The notes: generated by a model not told the origin, from the sequence alone. A DNA stretch of 64,000 nt from an uncultured Chloroflexia bacterium (GCA_963739395.1 CAVUAE010000001.1:948137-1012136), one strand, 5' to 3'. Positions 17,759 through 27,954 are shown, numbered from the stretch's first letter. Numbers and translations are program-made.

Positions 17759-19513
17759 TTAAATTATCGCGCTACTTATTGACATTCCATAATGCTTTGA
17801 CAAATCATCTGATAACATTCTGTAGATAAGATTTAGAAAAGGAGTATTTTGAAAAAGGAAGGCACAAAAACCATAAGATATTGAATATGCTTTATAGGTT
17901 TTACTTTCATAATCAACTGTATAATATCTTCCCCCTTTATTGGTATCAACAGGAAGATGAGGAGATGCTTTATCTTTGGGATAAACGATTAGTTTAGGAA
18001 GAGTATGAGAAGAATTATCTATGAAGTATTCGTTTAGACTGGGACCATCTTCATATTTATCACCTTTACTAGGTTCATATTCATAAATTATTGTGGTGCT
18101 AGAGTCAAGATAGTGACTATTCGGAAACTTTAGTTTATTACCATTAACAAAAAGTTTGTATTCATTAAGAGAATTGTTAAGAATATGAGTAACGTTTTTT
18201 ATTTCACGTTCTAGTGAGTAACCCGACCAAACCCAATGTGCTCCTTGTTCTAAAGGTAAATCCGGCAATCCAAAAACTCGATTGACTTCTTTTATCCCAT
18301 TAGCTATTAGATATTTAAGTGAATCATAAACGGCGCGTATTGGGAAATTATCTGTCCCAATAGAAAAACTAACGGGTTTACCGAAAATACCTTTTGGAGT
18401 AGAATGTTTAATATCAATATATGAATTTAATTTGTCTAAATCAACACTATATTTTCTACTACTAACAGGTATTTTTTCTACCAAAGCAGATTCAGAAATT
18501 TCATATAAATGGTGATTAAGTGCAATAGATAAGTCCTGAACTGAATATTGGTTTAAACATGGTTCTATTCCAAGTATTAAGTGATATCGGTCAACAAAAT
18601 TAAATAGAATATCTGATGATATTTCGTGACCATAGATAGGTAACAATTTTGATGTACAAACCGCAACAATTCTTTCTTCTACAAATTTTTTACCAGCTTG
18701 TTGAGGGTCTAATAGAGCATCTTTGGATGTTTGAGTCTCACTAATTGCATTCTTATCCCACTTATTAGTAAATAGTAAACCTTTACTGAGTTTACACACT
18801 AAAGGTGCTGGTTCTTTATAGGGTATTGAGTATATTTGATATTGAATATGATGTTCACTTGATGATATGATACCAACACCTAGTTTCCAAACACCGGGGA
18901 ATACAATTTCTTTGAAAACCGGGAAATCGTTATCAAGCAAATTGTTGATGGTATCGATAAATTTTTGAAAAAACTCGAGTTCTACCGGATCAATTGTTTC
19001 AGGACTTAATTTTTGAATATTTCCAACACTTAAAGAAGGATACTTTTCTATACATATCTGATAATTATTGGCAATATCTAGCCATTTCTTTATGTAAATA
19101 CCAGACTGGTCAATGTTATCAGCACCATTTGAAAAATAAACAGTAAAGCTTTGCTGTTTTTCTTTACCCTTAAGTTCCGGCATGTACGGATTAATATGTT
19201 TCCAGTATGCACATTTATTCACAGTATCAACACATACTAACAAAACAGGCAAGGTTGATACTTTACCATATGCAGCTAAAGATACTTCACAATTATATGA
19301 TGTATGTCCTTTAGGTATCGAACGAAGTTGTATATCTAATTTACCTATTGGAACACTTTTTTCATTAACTAATTCGATAGTACCATCTACATTGGGAACT
19401 TTGTCTCTTGTTCTAATGTCTAACTTAACAAAATGACTATCCACAAGACTTTCAAGGACAGTCTTGGCATCTTGCTCGGATGAATCATTTGCAGGGTATT
19501 GTTTTGGTTCCAT
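17759..19513 (-). CDS. DUF4365 (restriction-endonuclease-like) domain protein, AT-rich
   Basis: N-terminal DKVPNVDGTIEL...DIQLRS...PVLLVCVD...CAYW pattern; visibly AT-rich. Confidence 0.65.
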   Translation of the reverse strand: MEPKQYPANDSSEQDAKTVLESLVDSHFVKLDIRTRDKVPNVDGTIELVNEKSVPIGKLDIQLRSIPKGHTSYNCEVSLAAYGKVSTLPVLLVCVDTVNKCAYWKHINPYMPELKGKEKQQSFTVYFSNGADNIDQSGIYIKKWLDIANNYQICIEKYPSLSVGNIQKLSPETIDPVELEFFQKFIDTINNLLDNDFPVFKEIVFPGVWKLGVGIISSSEHHIQYQIYSIPYKEPAPLVCKLSKGLLFTNKWDKNAISETQTSKDALLDPQQAGKKFVEERIVAVCTSKLLPIYGHEISSDILFNFVDRYHLILGIEPCLNQYSVQDLSIALNHHLYEISESALVEKIPVSSRKYSVDLDKLNSYIDIKHSTPKGIFGKPVSFSIGTDNFPIRAVYDSLKYLIANGIKEVNRVFGLPDLPLEQGAHWVWSGYSLEREIKNVTHILNNSLNEYKLFVNGNKLKFPNSHYLDSSTTIIYEYEPSKGDKYEDGPSLNEYFIDNSSHTLPKLIVYPKDKASPHLPVDTNKGGRYYTVDYESKTYKAYSISYGFCAFLFQNTPFLNLIYRMLSDDLSKHYGMSISSAII

Positions 19514-19558
19514 TAAGATAACCCATTCCGCCTTGTTATTTTCACACTTTATGCTTGA

Positions 19559-20005
19559 TTACCCCCCGTACTTCTTCCCCATGCCCGCGGTAAAGTGGAA
19601 CATCGGTTTTTCAATTCGGCGGATGTTTATGGGTCCGTGCTCTATCCCTGCGGGGACGAACGCGACAAAGCTCCTATCAATAATGTTCTGTTTGCCGTCT
19701 ATCCAGATTTCTATTTCTCCATTAAGGTTATAGGGGTCTTTGGGGTCGGAGCCTACCCAGGCAATCGTCTCATCGAAGTCATGCTTATGCGCCCCGATGG
19801 TGCGGTCCTTACGCGAGCCTGTTTTATCCGGCCAGTCGCCGGGCAAGAACCAGGCCGTTTCCATGTAAAACGCGCCCTTTAAAACATCGCTGTCCAGAGA
19901 AAGCAGACGCCTTGCCTCGTTATCGGCAAACACCGGCGACCATGGCGCAGCGCCTACTACGTCTTTTAACTCCGTCACGAAGTATTTTTTATCCCATTTA
20001 GCCAT
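19559..20005 (-). CDS. Cupin-fold protein, paralog 3
   Basis: HKHDFDE...GEIEIWIDG...VPAGIEHGP. Confidence 0.75.
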   Translation of the reverse strand: MAKWDKKYFVTELKDVVGAAPWSPVFADNEARRLLSLDSDVLKGAFYMETAWFLPGDWPDKTGSRKDRTIGAHKHDFDETIAWVGSDPKDPYNLNGEIEIWIDGKQNIIDRSFVAFVPAGIEHGPINIRRIEKPMFHFTAGMGKKYGG

Positions 20006-20463
20006 TATTTCTTCCTCCTTTTTTCATATCCGCCCGGGTCAGCCTGGGCTAAAGTCCCGGCGCCAACCATAATCGTCAGCTCCAGGTGCGGCCTTTTATA
20101 TTTCTTCCAGGTCAGCGGCCCATGCTTAACGCCCTTGGGCACATATACCGCCGACGTTTTGTTTATAATTAACGGCTGCCCGCCCACCATGAATTCGATT
20201 TCACCACCAAGTTCCTCCTGATTATCCGGGTCGGTGCCGATGTGAATAACAATTTCGTCATAATCGTGCTTATGCTCGATGATATGCGGGTTAGGGTCGG
20301 GCATCCCGAACACCCAGCCTGTTTCGATATACATATTGGTGTTCGGCACCAGATTATTGCTCATTAGCGTCATTGCTCCACGCCTCCCCTTAACCTCCGT
20401 CAGCGGGATGACCTCATAGGCGGGCTTACTCACAAAGTATTTTTTGTAGTTCTTCTTCGCCAT
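20005..20463 (-). CDS. Cupin-fold protein, paralog 2
   Basis: HKHDYDE...GGEIEFMVGG...VPKGVKHGP. Start at ATG 20463 after GAGGAGG. Confidence 0.75.
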   Translation of the reverse strand: MAKKNYKKYFVSKPAYEVIPLTEVKGRRGAMTLMSNNLVPNTNMYIETGWVFGMPDPNPHIIEHKHDYDEIVIHIGTDPDNQEELGGEIEFMVGGQPLIINKTSAVYVPKGVKHGPLTWKKYKRPHLELTIMVGAGTLAQADPGGYEKRRKK

Positions 20464-20476
20464 CTCTAGCCTCCTC

Positions 20477-20944
20477 TTATTGCGACTTAATTTTTTCGTA
20501 AGCGGTATTATTGCCGGATTCAAACATAAAAATTGGTGTGTCTATTCTCTTGAGTACGACGGGACAGTGCTTAACGCCTTTGGGGATGAAGATGAGACAG
20601 GTTTTGGTGAGAGTGTAAGGCTCATCGTCCATCCAGAATTCGATTTCGCCGCCAAGGTCGCGCGGATGACTTCTGTTGGAACCGGCGAACCCGATAATCT
20701 CATCGAAGTCGTGGGTATGCGGCGTCTCAATGGCGACCGGCCCGTTACCCGTAAGTTGCCACAGCCACTCACACCCAGCAAAGAACGCCCCCTTGACTAT
20801 CGAGTCCTGTATCCCCAGCAGCAGCGTTCTATCCAGTGTTCTCCCCACCTTTGCCTGCTCCTCCATGCTTTTGGTATCTCGTTCGGGCGGCGGGGGCATA
20901 CGGTCTTCCGTGAGGATATTTTTTAAGTATTTTTGTTTAGGCAT
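20477..20944 (-). CDS. Cupin-fold protein, paralog 1
   Basis: HTHDFDE...GGEIEFWMDD...IPKGVKHCP. Confidence 0.75.
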   Translation of the reverse strand: MPKQKYLKNILTEDRMPPPPERDTKSMEEQAKVGRTLDRTLLLGIQDSIVKGAFFAGCEWLWQLTGNGPVAIETPHTHDFDEIIGFAGSNRSHPRDLGGEIEFWMDDEPYTLTKTCLIFIPKGVKHCPVVLKRIDTPIFMFESGNNTAYEKIKSQ

Positions 20945-20963
20945 ATCTCTATCTCCCTTAAGA

Positions 20964-23054
20964 CTAAATTAAGCGAGCGGTTTCCATGCCCTTGCTGATA
21001 GCATCGGCAATCAATAAAGGCTCCTGGCAGTCACCGACTGCGTAAACTTCTGCTACTTTACCTTTAAGACTTTCGAAAAGTTTCATATCGGGCATTAGCG
21101 GCAAGGCGGGGATAATCGTATCGGCTTCCAGTGTCTCTTCCTTGCCATCTTTATCAATAATTGTCAGTCCCTTTTTCGTAATCTCTTTATACTCTTTAAC
21201 GCCGCTTATCAGGGTAACGCCTTTTTTCTTGAACCACTGGAAGAGGTAAGCTTGAATCACGTCCACCATACCCTGTCCTAGCCTATCTGATTTTTCGACG
21301 ATAGTTACCTGCCGACCTCGTTTTACTAAAAACTCCCCCAACTCGCAGCCATGTAAGCTCCCCCCAATAATCACCACCCTTTTACCGATGGGCAGGTAGA
21401 ATTTGGTCAGCCATCTTAAAAGATTAGGTGGAATGAACCTTAAATAAGTCTTAAGACTCTTATGCAGTTTAGCTCCGCCGATGACGTTGGGCAGGTTAAT
21501 CCCTTTAATATCGGGCATGGTCGGCGTCCCGCCCATAGCGATGATAACCGCGTCCGGTTTTACTTTCTCTAGTGTTATTGCATCAAATTTTTTCCCGAGA
21601 TTCATCTTAACGTCGAGTTTTTTCAGTTGGCAATTAAAATACTTGATTATCAACGGCAGGTCTTCTAACTCCATACCTTTAACCACCGCCGCGACCGGTA
21701 ACAAACCTCCCAGCTTACTGCTTGAGTCGTAAAGGGTTACGTCATGTCCCCTTAGCGCCGCTACCCTGGCGGTTTCCATGCCTGCTGGCCCCGAGCCCAC
21801 CACCACAACTTTTTTCTTTTTCGTCGCTTTTTCGATAGTGTTGTATTCCTTGCCCATAAAGGCATTGATGCGGCAGCGCCGGCTGCCCAAACAGTTCTCG
21901 CAAGCGGTGCAGGGCGCGATATCTTCCAGTCTCCCTATCGCTACTTTGTTAGGCAGTTCCGGGTCGGCTTGCAAGCGACGTGTCATGGCGATAAAGTCGA
22001 CCTTGCCTTCTCGCAGTGCTTTCTCACCTAACTCCGGGTCGAGCTTACCCACCACCATTACCGGTATGGATACAACCGCTTTAATCCCCGCCGCCAGGTT
22101 TACATTCCATGCCTTGCCTTTTAATTTAGCCACATATTCTTTGGGGATAGATTTTATGGGGACGGGAGGAGCCGGATAGAAAAGCAGGTCTGGTAAATAA
22201 CCCCCCACGTGATAGCCCAACCAATGACTACGCACATGGATGGCGTCGGCGCCAGCTGCTTCTAAGAGTTGAGCCGTCTTTTTAGCGTTTTCAAGTGTAA
22301 TACATTTTTCGTCCGGGACGTCTGCCGCACGACCGACTTCAATGCTGTTAATACAAACAGACACCGGGAAGTCTTTACCCAATCGTTTTTTAATCTCTTT
22401 TATAATGTTAGTTACAATACGTGCCCTGTTTTCGGGACTTCCCCCATAAATATCTTGCCGTCGGTTCCAGAACGGCGAGAGGAAGTTATGCAACAAATGG
22501 CTACTGGCGGCATTGATTTCCACCCCGTCGAAGCCAGCTTTTTGAGCGCGTACAGCGGCGCTAGCGAACTTATCGATAATCACCTCGATTTCCGGTATCG
22601 TCAGCTCATGCGGCGGCTCATTATGAAAATCGTTTTCGCTTTTTAATATAGTAGGAGATGAACCAATCGGCGGTCCCTTGAAAGGCGAGTCCCCACCGAG
22701 GATATTTGCCTGCCAGGGTCCATCATGGTTCATCTGCATAAAGGTGGGGCAGTTGTATTTGTGGATAACCTCGGTAAGCTCGCTTAAACCGTTAATATAT
22801 TTATCATCATCGAGACGATAACGCGCCCGCCACCGCGCCCCCGCCGGATAATCGATGGTCGGACTTTCTACAATTAACAATCCAACTCCGCCCCGTGCCA
22901 GACTCTCATAAAAAGCCAGGATGGCTTTATTCATGCGGGTTTCATTCTCGTTCCACATAAAAGTTCCCGCCCCTGTTTTCACTATCCGGTTCCTGGTCCT
23001 GACCTTGCCGATGTAACCTGGCTCGAGCAGCTTCTCGAATCTCCTGGATGCCAT
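20964..23054 (-). CDS. NADH:flavin oxidoreductase (Old Yellow Enzyme family, Fe-S/FAD C-domain)
   Basis: OYE barrel (RAQKAGFDGVEI, NRRQDIYGGSPENR, ADPELPNK), CTACENC Fe-S motif, GSGPAG FAD motif. Confidence 0.9.
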   Translation of the reverse strand: MASRRFEKLLEPGYIGKVRTRNRIVKTGAGTFMWNENETRMNKAILAFYESLARGGVGLLIVESPTIDYPAGARWRARYRLDDDKYINGLSELTEVIHKYNCPTFMQMNHDGPWQANILGGDSPFKGPPIGSSPTILKSENDFHNEPPHELTIPEIEVIIDKFASAAVRAQKAGFDGVEINAASSHLLHNFLSPFWNRRQDIYGGSPENRARIVTNIIKEIKKRLGKDFPVSVCINSIEVGRAADVPDEKCITLENAKKTAQLLEAAGADAIHVRSHWLGYHVGGYLPDLLFYPAPPVPIKSIPKEYVAKLKGKAWNVNLAAGIKAVVSIPVMVVGKLDPELGEKALREGKVDFIAMTRRLQADPELPNKVAIGRLEDIAPCTACENCLGSRRCRINAFMGKEYNTIEKATKKKKVVVVGSGPAGMETARVAALRGHDVTLYDSSSKLGGLLPVAAVVKGMELEDLPLIIKYFNCQLKKLDVKMNLGKKFDAITLEKVKPDAVIIAMGGTPTMPDIKGINLPNVIGGAKLHKSLKTYLRFIPPNLLRWLTKFYLPIGKRVVIIGGSLHGCELGEFLVKRGRQVTIVEKSDRLGQGMVDVIQAYLFQWFKKKGVTLISGVKEYKEITKKGLTIIDKDGKEETLEADTIIPALPLMPDMKLFESLKGKVAEVYAVGDCQEPLLIADAISKGMETARLI

Positions 23055-23155
23055 GAAATGCCTCCGACTTGCCCTTTACTTGGTTCTTCGCTATATAGTA
23101 ACATTTTTTTAGTCATTTGCCTAAACACAGGCGGCAGTAATAAAATCTATTATTC

Positions 23156-25183
23156 TTGCCTGAAAGGAATCGCGATGCAAAAAGAATTGAATCACTCATA
23201 AAGCAAATGACGCTGGAGGAAAAGGTCTCGCTGCTGGCGGGCAAGGATTTCTTTCACACGCAAGCGGTTGAACGACTCGGTATTCCCTCCCTTAAGTTTA
23301 CTGACGGACCCCACGGCGCCCGGACGCTTGATGACGCCGACCCCAAACGCACTATCCCCGCCACCTGTTTCCCCACCGCCGTTGCCATGGCGGCAACCTG
23401 GAATCCCGACCTCATTTACCGGGTGGGTGTCGCCATCGGGGAGGAGACGCGGGCGCGGGGCTGCGCCATTTTATTAGGTCCCTGCGTCAACATCCACCGT
23501 TCACCGATTGGCGGCAGGAATTTTGAAAGTTACTCTGAAGACCCCTATCTATCATCGCAAATGACCGTCGCTATCATTAAAGGAATTCAAAGCACCAAGA
23601 CAGGCGCCTGCGTGAAACACTTCGCCCTCAACAATTCCGAATATCAGCGTATGACTATCAGCTCGGAGGCGGACGAAAGAACCATACGTGAAATCTACTT
23701 CCCCTCTTTTGAAAAAGCGGTCAAAGAAGCCGATACCTGGTCAGTGATGTGCTCTTATAACAAAGTCAACGGCACTCATGCCTCGGAAAATCACTGGCTT
23801 TTAACCGAGATTTTAAAGGATGAGTGGGGTTTTGAGGGACTCGTCATGTCCGACTGGTATGCTACGCATAGCACGGTGCCCGCCGCTAATGCCGGCCTTG
23901 ACCTGGAGATGCCTGGACCAGTTAAATACTTTGGCGAGGCTTTAGTCAAAGCCGTAAAAGAAGGCAGAGTTGATGAAAAGTTAATTGATGATAAAGTGCG
24001 CCGTATTTTAGGCGTAATGATAAAAACCGGCGCTCTTGACGGTAAAATCTCCACCGCCAATCAAGAAAAAGAATTCCCCGCCCACGGTAAACTCGCCCGC
24101 GAGGTCGCCGAGGAAGCGATTGTCCTGTTGAAAAACGATAATCATCTCCTGCCGCTGGATAAAAAGAAACTCAAGACTCTCACGGTTATTGGACCTAATG
24201 CGGCATCAGCCAGCATCGAGGGTGGAGGAAGCGCTTATGTTCAGCCTTACTATAAGGTTGCCCCACTTGAGGGGATAAAAGATTTATGTGGCGATGCGGT
24301 GCAAATAACCTACGAACCCGGCTGTGGTGAATCGCCATCCGCCGATCTTTTAGAGAGAGCCATTAAAGCCGCCGCTAATGCCGACGTTGCTATCGTTTTC
24401 GCTGGGACGACCAATAAGCACGAAAGCGAGGGGTTTGATAAGAAAGATATGGACTTGCCGCCGGGGCAAAACGAACTTATCAGCCAAATCGCCAAAGTTA
24501 ATCCTAATACTGTCGTTGTTCTAAATAATGGCTCGCCTTTAGCTATGCCCTGGTTGGATAAAGTTCCCGCCGTCGTAGAAGCCCTTTTCCCCGGACAGGA
24601 ATGCGGTAATGCCATCGCGTCTGTCCTCTTTGGCTTAGTGAATCCCTCCGGCAAACTGCCCGATACCTTCCCGCGTCGCCTTGAGGATAACCCCGCCTTC
24701 CCCAACTACCCCGGCGCTAACGATAAAGTTGTTTACGGCGAGGGCATCTTTGTCGGCTACCGCCACTACGACGCGAAAAATGTTGAGCCTTTATTCCCCT
24801 TCGGGTACGGACTTTCTTACACCAGTTTTGAATACAGTAATTTTAAGGTCAGCCCCACTAAAGCCAAGGCAGGAGATGAAATAAAAGTCAGTATCGACAT
24901 TAAAAACACCGGTAAAGTGGCGGGTAAAGAGGTGGTGCAGGTGTATGTCTCTGATGTCACCTCTAGCGTGCCGCGTCCGCCTAAAGAGCTAAAAGCCTTT
25001 AAGAAAGTTGCTTTAAATCCCGGACAAAAGAAAAAGGTGGAATTTAAACTGACGGAAGAAGCCTTTGCTTTTTACGACGTAAAACAAAAGGACTGGGTGG
25101 TGGAACCAGGAGAGTTTGAAATATTAGTGGGCAGTTCATCAAGGGATATAAGGGCGAAGGGGAAGTTAAATCTGATAAAATAA
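23156..25183 (+). CDS. Glycoside hydrolase family 3 beta-glucosidase with Fn3-like domain
   Basis: MTLEEKVSLLAG, GRNFESYSEDP, KHFALN, VMSDW, EGIFVGYRHYD, FPFGYGLSYT. Start uncertain (TTG). Confidence 0.92.
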   Translation: MPERNRDAKRIESLIKQMTLEEKVSLLAGKDFFHTQAVERLGIPSLKFTDGPHGARTLDDADPKRTIPATCFPTAVAMAATWNPDLIYRVGVAIGEETRARGCAILLGPCVNIHRSPIGGRNFESYSEDPYLSSQMTVAIIKGIQSTKTGACVKHFALNNSEYQRMTISSEADERTIREIYFPSFEKAVKEADTWSVMCSYNKVNGTHASENHWLLTEILKDEWGFEGLVMSDWYATHSTVPAANAGLDLEMPGPVKYFGEALVKAVKEGRVDEKLIDDKVRRILGVMIKTGALDGKISTANQEKEFPAHGKLAREVAEEAIVLLKNDNHLLPLDKKKLKTLTVIGPNAASASIEGGGSAYVQPYYKVAPLEGIKDLCGDAVQITYEPGCGESPSADLLERAIKAAANADVAIVFAGTTNKHESEGFDKKDMDLPPGQNELISQIAKVNPNTVVVLNNGSPLAMPWLDKVPAVVEALFPGQECGNAIASVLFGLVNPSGKLPDTFPRRLEDNPAFPNYPGANDKVVYGEGIFVGYRHYDAKNVEPLFPFGYGLSYTSFEYSNFKVSPTKAKAGDEIKVSIDIKNTGKVAGKEVVQVYVSDVTSSVPRPPKELKAFKKVALNPGQKKKVEFKLTEEAFAFYDVKQKDWVVEPGEFEILVGSSSRDIRAKGKLNLIK

Positions 25184-25421
25184 AAAGTATTAGGTTTTTA
25201 AAGCTTCTCCATCTTCAGTTGACCTTCTAATATATACACGCGCATAACCTCCCAATGGCAACTCGCTGAATGGTGAACATAAACTAAATTTCGCTCTTTG
25301 ATTTTCCACTCCCGTTCAACACTGTGGCAATCTGGGAAGGTTGATGTGTCAAGTTTCTCAATGTGCTTTAAATACTTAAAGGGTGTCTCGATATTGAATG
25401 AAGGATTTATTGGTGGTAATG

Positions 25422-25679
25422 TCATTCGTTTATAATTTGATAGATGTTAATATCATTGTTGGATGATTTCCATAGGACCATATTAGCATCTAAATAGGTG
25501 AAGTTGTAGATTTTTTCGACTTCCAGTTGTCCGGAGTTGATATCCAGATGATCACCTTCAACTGTTATAGGCTTGACAGATGTTGATAAGATACTGTCTA
25601 CTTCAAAGGAATAAGCCTTAGTATCTTGTTCCTGCGTTCTCTTTTCTAATAGTGTTATTGTCATAGTAAATCCCCCCAA
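25422..25679 (-). CDS. Small hypothetical protein, AT-rich
   Basis: ORF coupled to the upstream AT-rich gene (probable ATG 25664 after GGGGGA). Confidence 0.5.
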   Translation of the reverse strand: MGGFTMTITLLEKRTQEQDTKAYSFEVDSILSTSVKPITVEGDHLDINSGQLEVEKIYNFTYLDANMVLWKSSNNDINIYQIINE

Positions 25680-26350
25680 ATACTTTGAAAGGTATTACTG
25701 TGCTTTTCAGCGATTTCAGTAGCTTTCAAAACATGGTGTTTAATATTATTCTCATTATATTCTACTACGTTACTGCAAGTGATTCTAGTAAAAAGGAATA
25801 TAAAAGCTCCTGGGAAGTCCCTGTTATGCTTGAAACTTAAGTATACTTGTGTCAACTGAGAAGGTTCCATCGGACCGCTTTGGTGTCTTAACTGACAGTC
25901 GCCTATTTTCGCATCGAACAATACACTATAGTCAAATGTTCCTACGAAAAGTTCTTTAAAACTTGAATGTGCAATAAGGGTATCCTTATATTTTCGTGCA
26001 AGAGTTGGGAAATTATAATTTGGTGTTGGTAATATCCAACATGTTTGTAACTCTGTGTTAAAAATAGTGTTTATAGGAGCTATATTATTAATACGTGTTA
26101 ATGTATTTAGCATGTTTTCAATGCACTTTATTTGGTTTGGCTGACCTTCCATTTTAAACCGGATTATAGTACGATTCCAAGTAATCCTTGTTTTGTCTTT
26201 TGACGATACGATGTTCACATCGGGTTCAGGTTTTGTATTAACTATTGTTTCAGTTGTGCCTGTAAGTGCTGCGCGTATCTTTGTGGTTATAGGCTCGTTT
26301 TTTTCTTTTCCAAGGTAATATAAGGTAGTAAAAAAACTAATTAATTCCAT
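25661..26350 (-). CDS. Hypothetical protein, AT-rich
   Basis: 229-aa open frame in an AT-rich segment; no recognisable motif. Confidence 0.6.
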   Translation of the reverse strand: MELISFFTTLYYLGKEKNEPITTKIRAALTGTTETIVNTKPEPDVNIVSSKDKTRITWNRTIIRFKMEGQPNQIKCIENMLNTLTRINNIAPINTIFNTELQTCWILPTPNYNFPTLARKYKDTLIAHSSFKELFVGTFDYSVLFDAKIGDCQLRHQSGPMEPSQLTQVYLSFKHNRDFPGAFIFLFTRITCSNVVEYNENNIKHHVLKATEIAEKHSNTFQSIWGDLL

Positions 26351-26451
26351 ATTACATCAAGTATTTTTTAATATCATGCGCTTTAGAGGAAGTGATGTCA
26401 AGTCTCATTACACTAATTGCATTATAAATTGATAGTTACAGAAATACCAAG

Positions 26452-26802
26452 CTATATTCTTTCCCCTATCCCCTCTCTACACTCCGCCCTATCCATACTC
26501 GCCTGCCATTTAGCGCAACAGGCAGGTTTAACGGCGTGAATCTGGCAAGTAGCCAACCCCTTATTTATCTTAAGAAAAGCGCAGGCGCCGTTGATGTGGC
26601 GTATCAGGCGGTATTGTATAAACCACCAGTGGGGGTCGTCGTAGAGCCTATTCCAGTCGTCGAGAGTTATTCCCAGAAATTTTATTATCCTATCGGTATC
26701 TTCGGAGTTAACGAAAGCCTGGTGCTTGGTACAGCAGACGCCGCATCGCCGGCACTCCATGATTGCCGATTTTTTACTGGCCTTAGTTTTAGCGACCGAC
26801 AT
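26452..26802 (-). CDS. YkgJ/FliB-type cysteine-cluster protein
   Basis: CRRCGVCC...CAFL...CQIHAVKPACC. Confidence 0.85.
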   Translation of the reverse strand: MSVAKTKASKKSAIMECRRCGVCCTKHQAFVNSEDTDRIIKFLGITLDDWNRLYDDPHWWFIQYRLIRHINGACAFLKINKGLATCQIHAVKPACCAKWQASMDRAECREGIGERI

Positions 26803-27855
26803 TTAAAACTTCTTCCGCAACCCCTGTGCCATGGTTTCTGGCGGCAGGATACAGATATTTTCATCCTGCATTATCTGGTAGTAAAACTGGTCGCTGGTTT
26901 CGATGGGTGAATAAAGCAGCATGCCGCGCGGTGTGATACGGGCGTGCGCCCAGAACCGGTCCTTATCGAAGCCCGAATAGGTGCTCATATTAAAGCTAAT
27001 CAGATTCAACTTATCGATATAGTCGAAAACCTTAATCATCCCTTCGGCGAAGTCCTCTAAATCTCGCTTATTGAGTTCCGCAATCGAAGCCTTACCCGGA
27101 AAAACCGCTACTACGTCGGAAAGTCTTCCCTTAGGCACGAAACTGGTCAGCCACTCGGTATGTCCAACTTGCCCGATGTATCTCTGCTTATTCTTTTTTT
27201 CTTCTTCCAGCAGGTCGCTCCAGTAATTCGTCCCCTTCTCCTGGTAATATTTTTCGGAAGCTTCGAGTATTTGCGCCTGATAATCGGTGGGGTAATAACC
27301 GGCGTTGCTCTGCAAATGCGGATGAATGAGGCTACCTCCGGAAGGCGGCATATAATTCCAGGCGATAAAGTGATAAATCGCCCGGCGGTCGAATTCCTGA
27401 ACATGCTTGATATATTCCTGCGCCGCCAGCAGGGCATTATGTATCGTCTCTACGTCGAAACCCTTAAGCGGGACGAAATGACGGTTGGTTATCACTACCA
27501 CCACGCCGTAAACATCGTACGGTCCCGAATTCGGGAAGGCTACGGCTTTGCCTTTGCGGATTAAACCCTCGGGAACAAGGTCGGGCAGCAAACGGGGTGT
27601 GTTTTTCTCGACATACGGCTTACAGAACGGACAGTTTAGTCTCTTGGATTTTCTTTGTAGGGCTACTAAATTCGGACGTATTATTCTCTCCGTTGAATAC
27701 TGCACGATACGACAAGTTCGACCGGTAAGCGGGTCGAAACGGAACTCCAGCGGAATAGCCGCTTCGCTGAACTCGCCCGAGCCGTTGCGGGTCATCATCC
27801 GCGAAGACAGCACCTCGCGCCTGAATTCAATAGGACTGCTCTTTTTAAATTTCAT
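26803..27855 (-). CDS. Galactose-1-phosphate uridylyltransferase-like protein
   Basis: EFRFDPLTG, CPFC, FPN.GPY and GGSLIHPHLQ (HPHxQ) motifs. Confidence 0.82.
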   Translation of the reverse strand: MKFKKSSPIEFRREVLSSRMMTRNGSGEFSEAAIPLEFRFDPLTGRTCRIVQYSTERIIRPNLVALQRKSKRLNCPFCKPYVEKNTPRLLPDLVPEGLIRKGKAVAFPNSGPYDVYGVVVVITNRHFVPLKGFDVETIHNALLAAQEYIKHVQEFDRRAIYHFIAWNYMPPSGGSLIHPHLQSNAGYYPTDYQAQILEASEKYYQEKGTNYWSDLLEEEKKNKQRYIGQVGHTEWLTSFVPKGRLSDVVAVFPGKASIAELNKRDLEDFAEGMIKVFDYIDKLNLISFNMSTYSGFDKDRFWAHARITPRGMLLYSPIETSDQFYYQIMQDENICILPPETMAQGLRKKF

Positions 27856-27870
27856 ACGCCCTAACTAAAC

Positions 27871-27920
27871 GTCATTCCCGCCCCGTATCAGGTTACGGGG
27901 TAAACTCCAGCGGGAATCCA
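27871..27920. repeat. REP-like palindrome (GTCATTCCCG...CGGGAATCC family) with nested hairpin
   Basis: GTCATTCCCGC...GCGGGAATCC enclosing CCCCGTA..TACGGGG; relatives at 51921-51945 and 54749-54771. Confidence 0.7.
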
Positions 27921-27954
27921 GCCACATTTACTCCTTGTTTCTTAGTTATTTCTC

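Noticed and set aside
25198-25425. 75-aa minus-strand ORF
   Set aside because: It overlaps a palindrome remnant and has no motif or clear RBS; probably non-coding.
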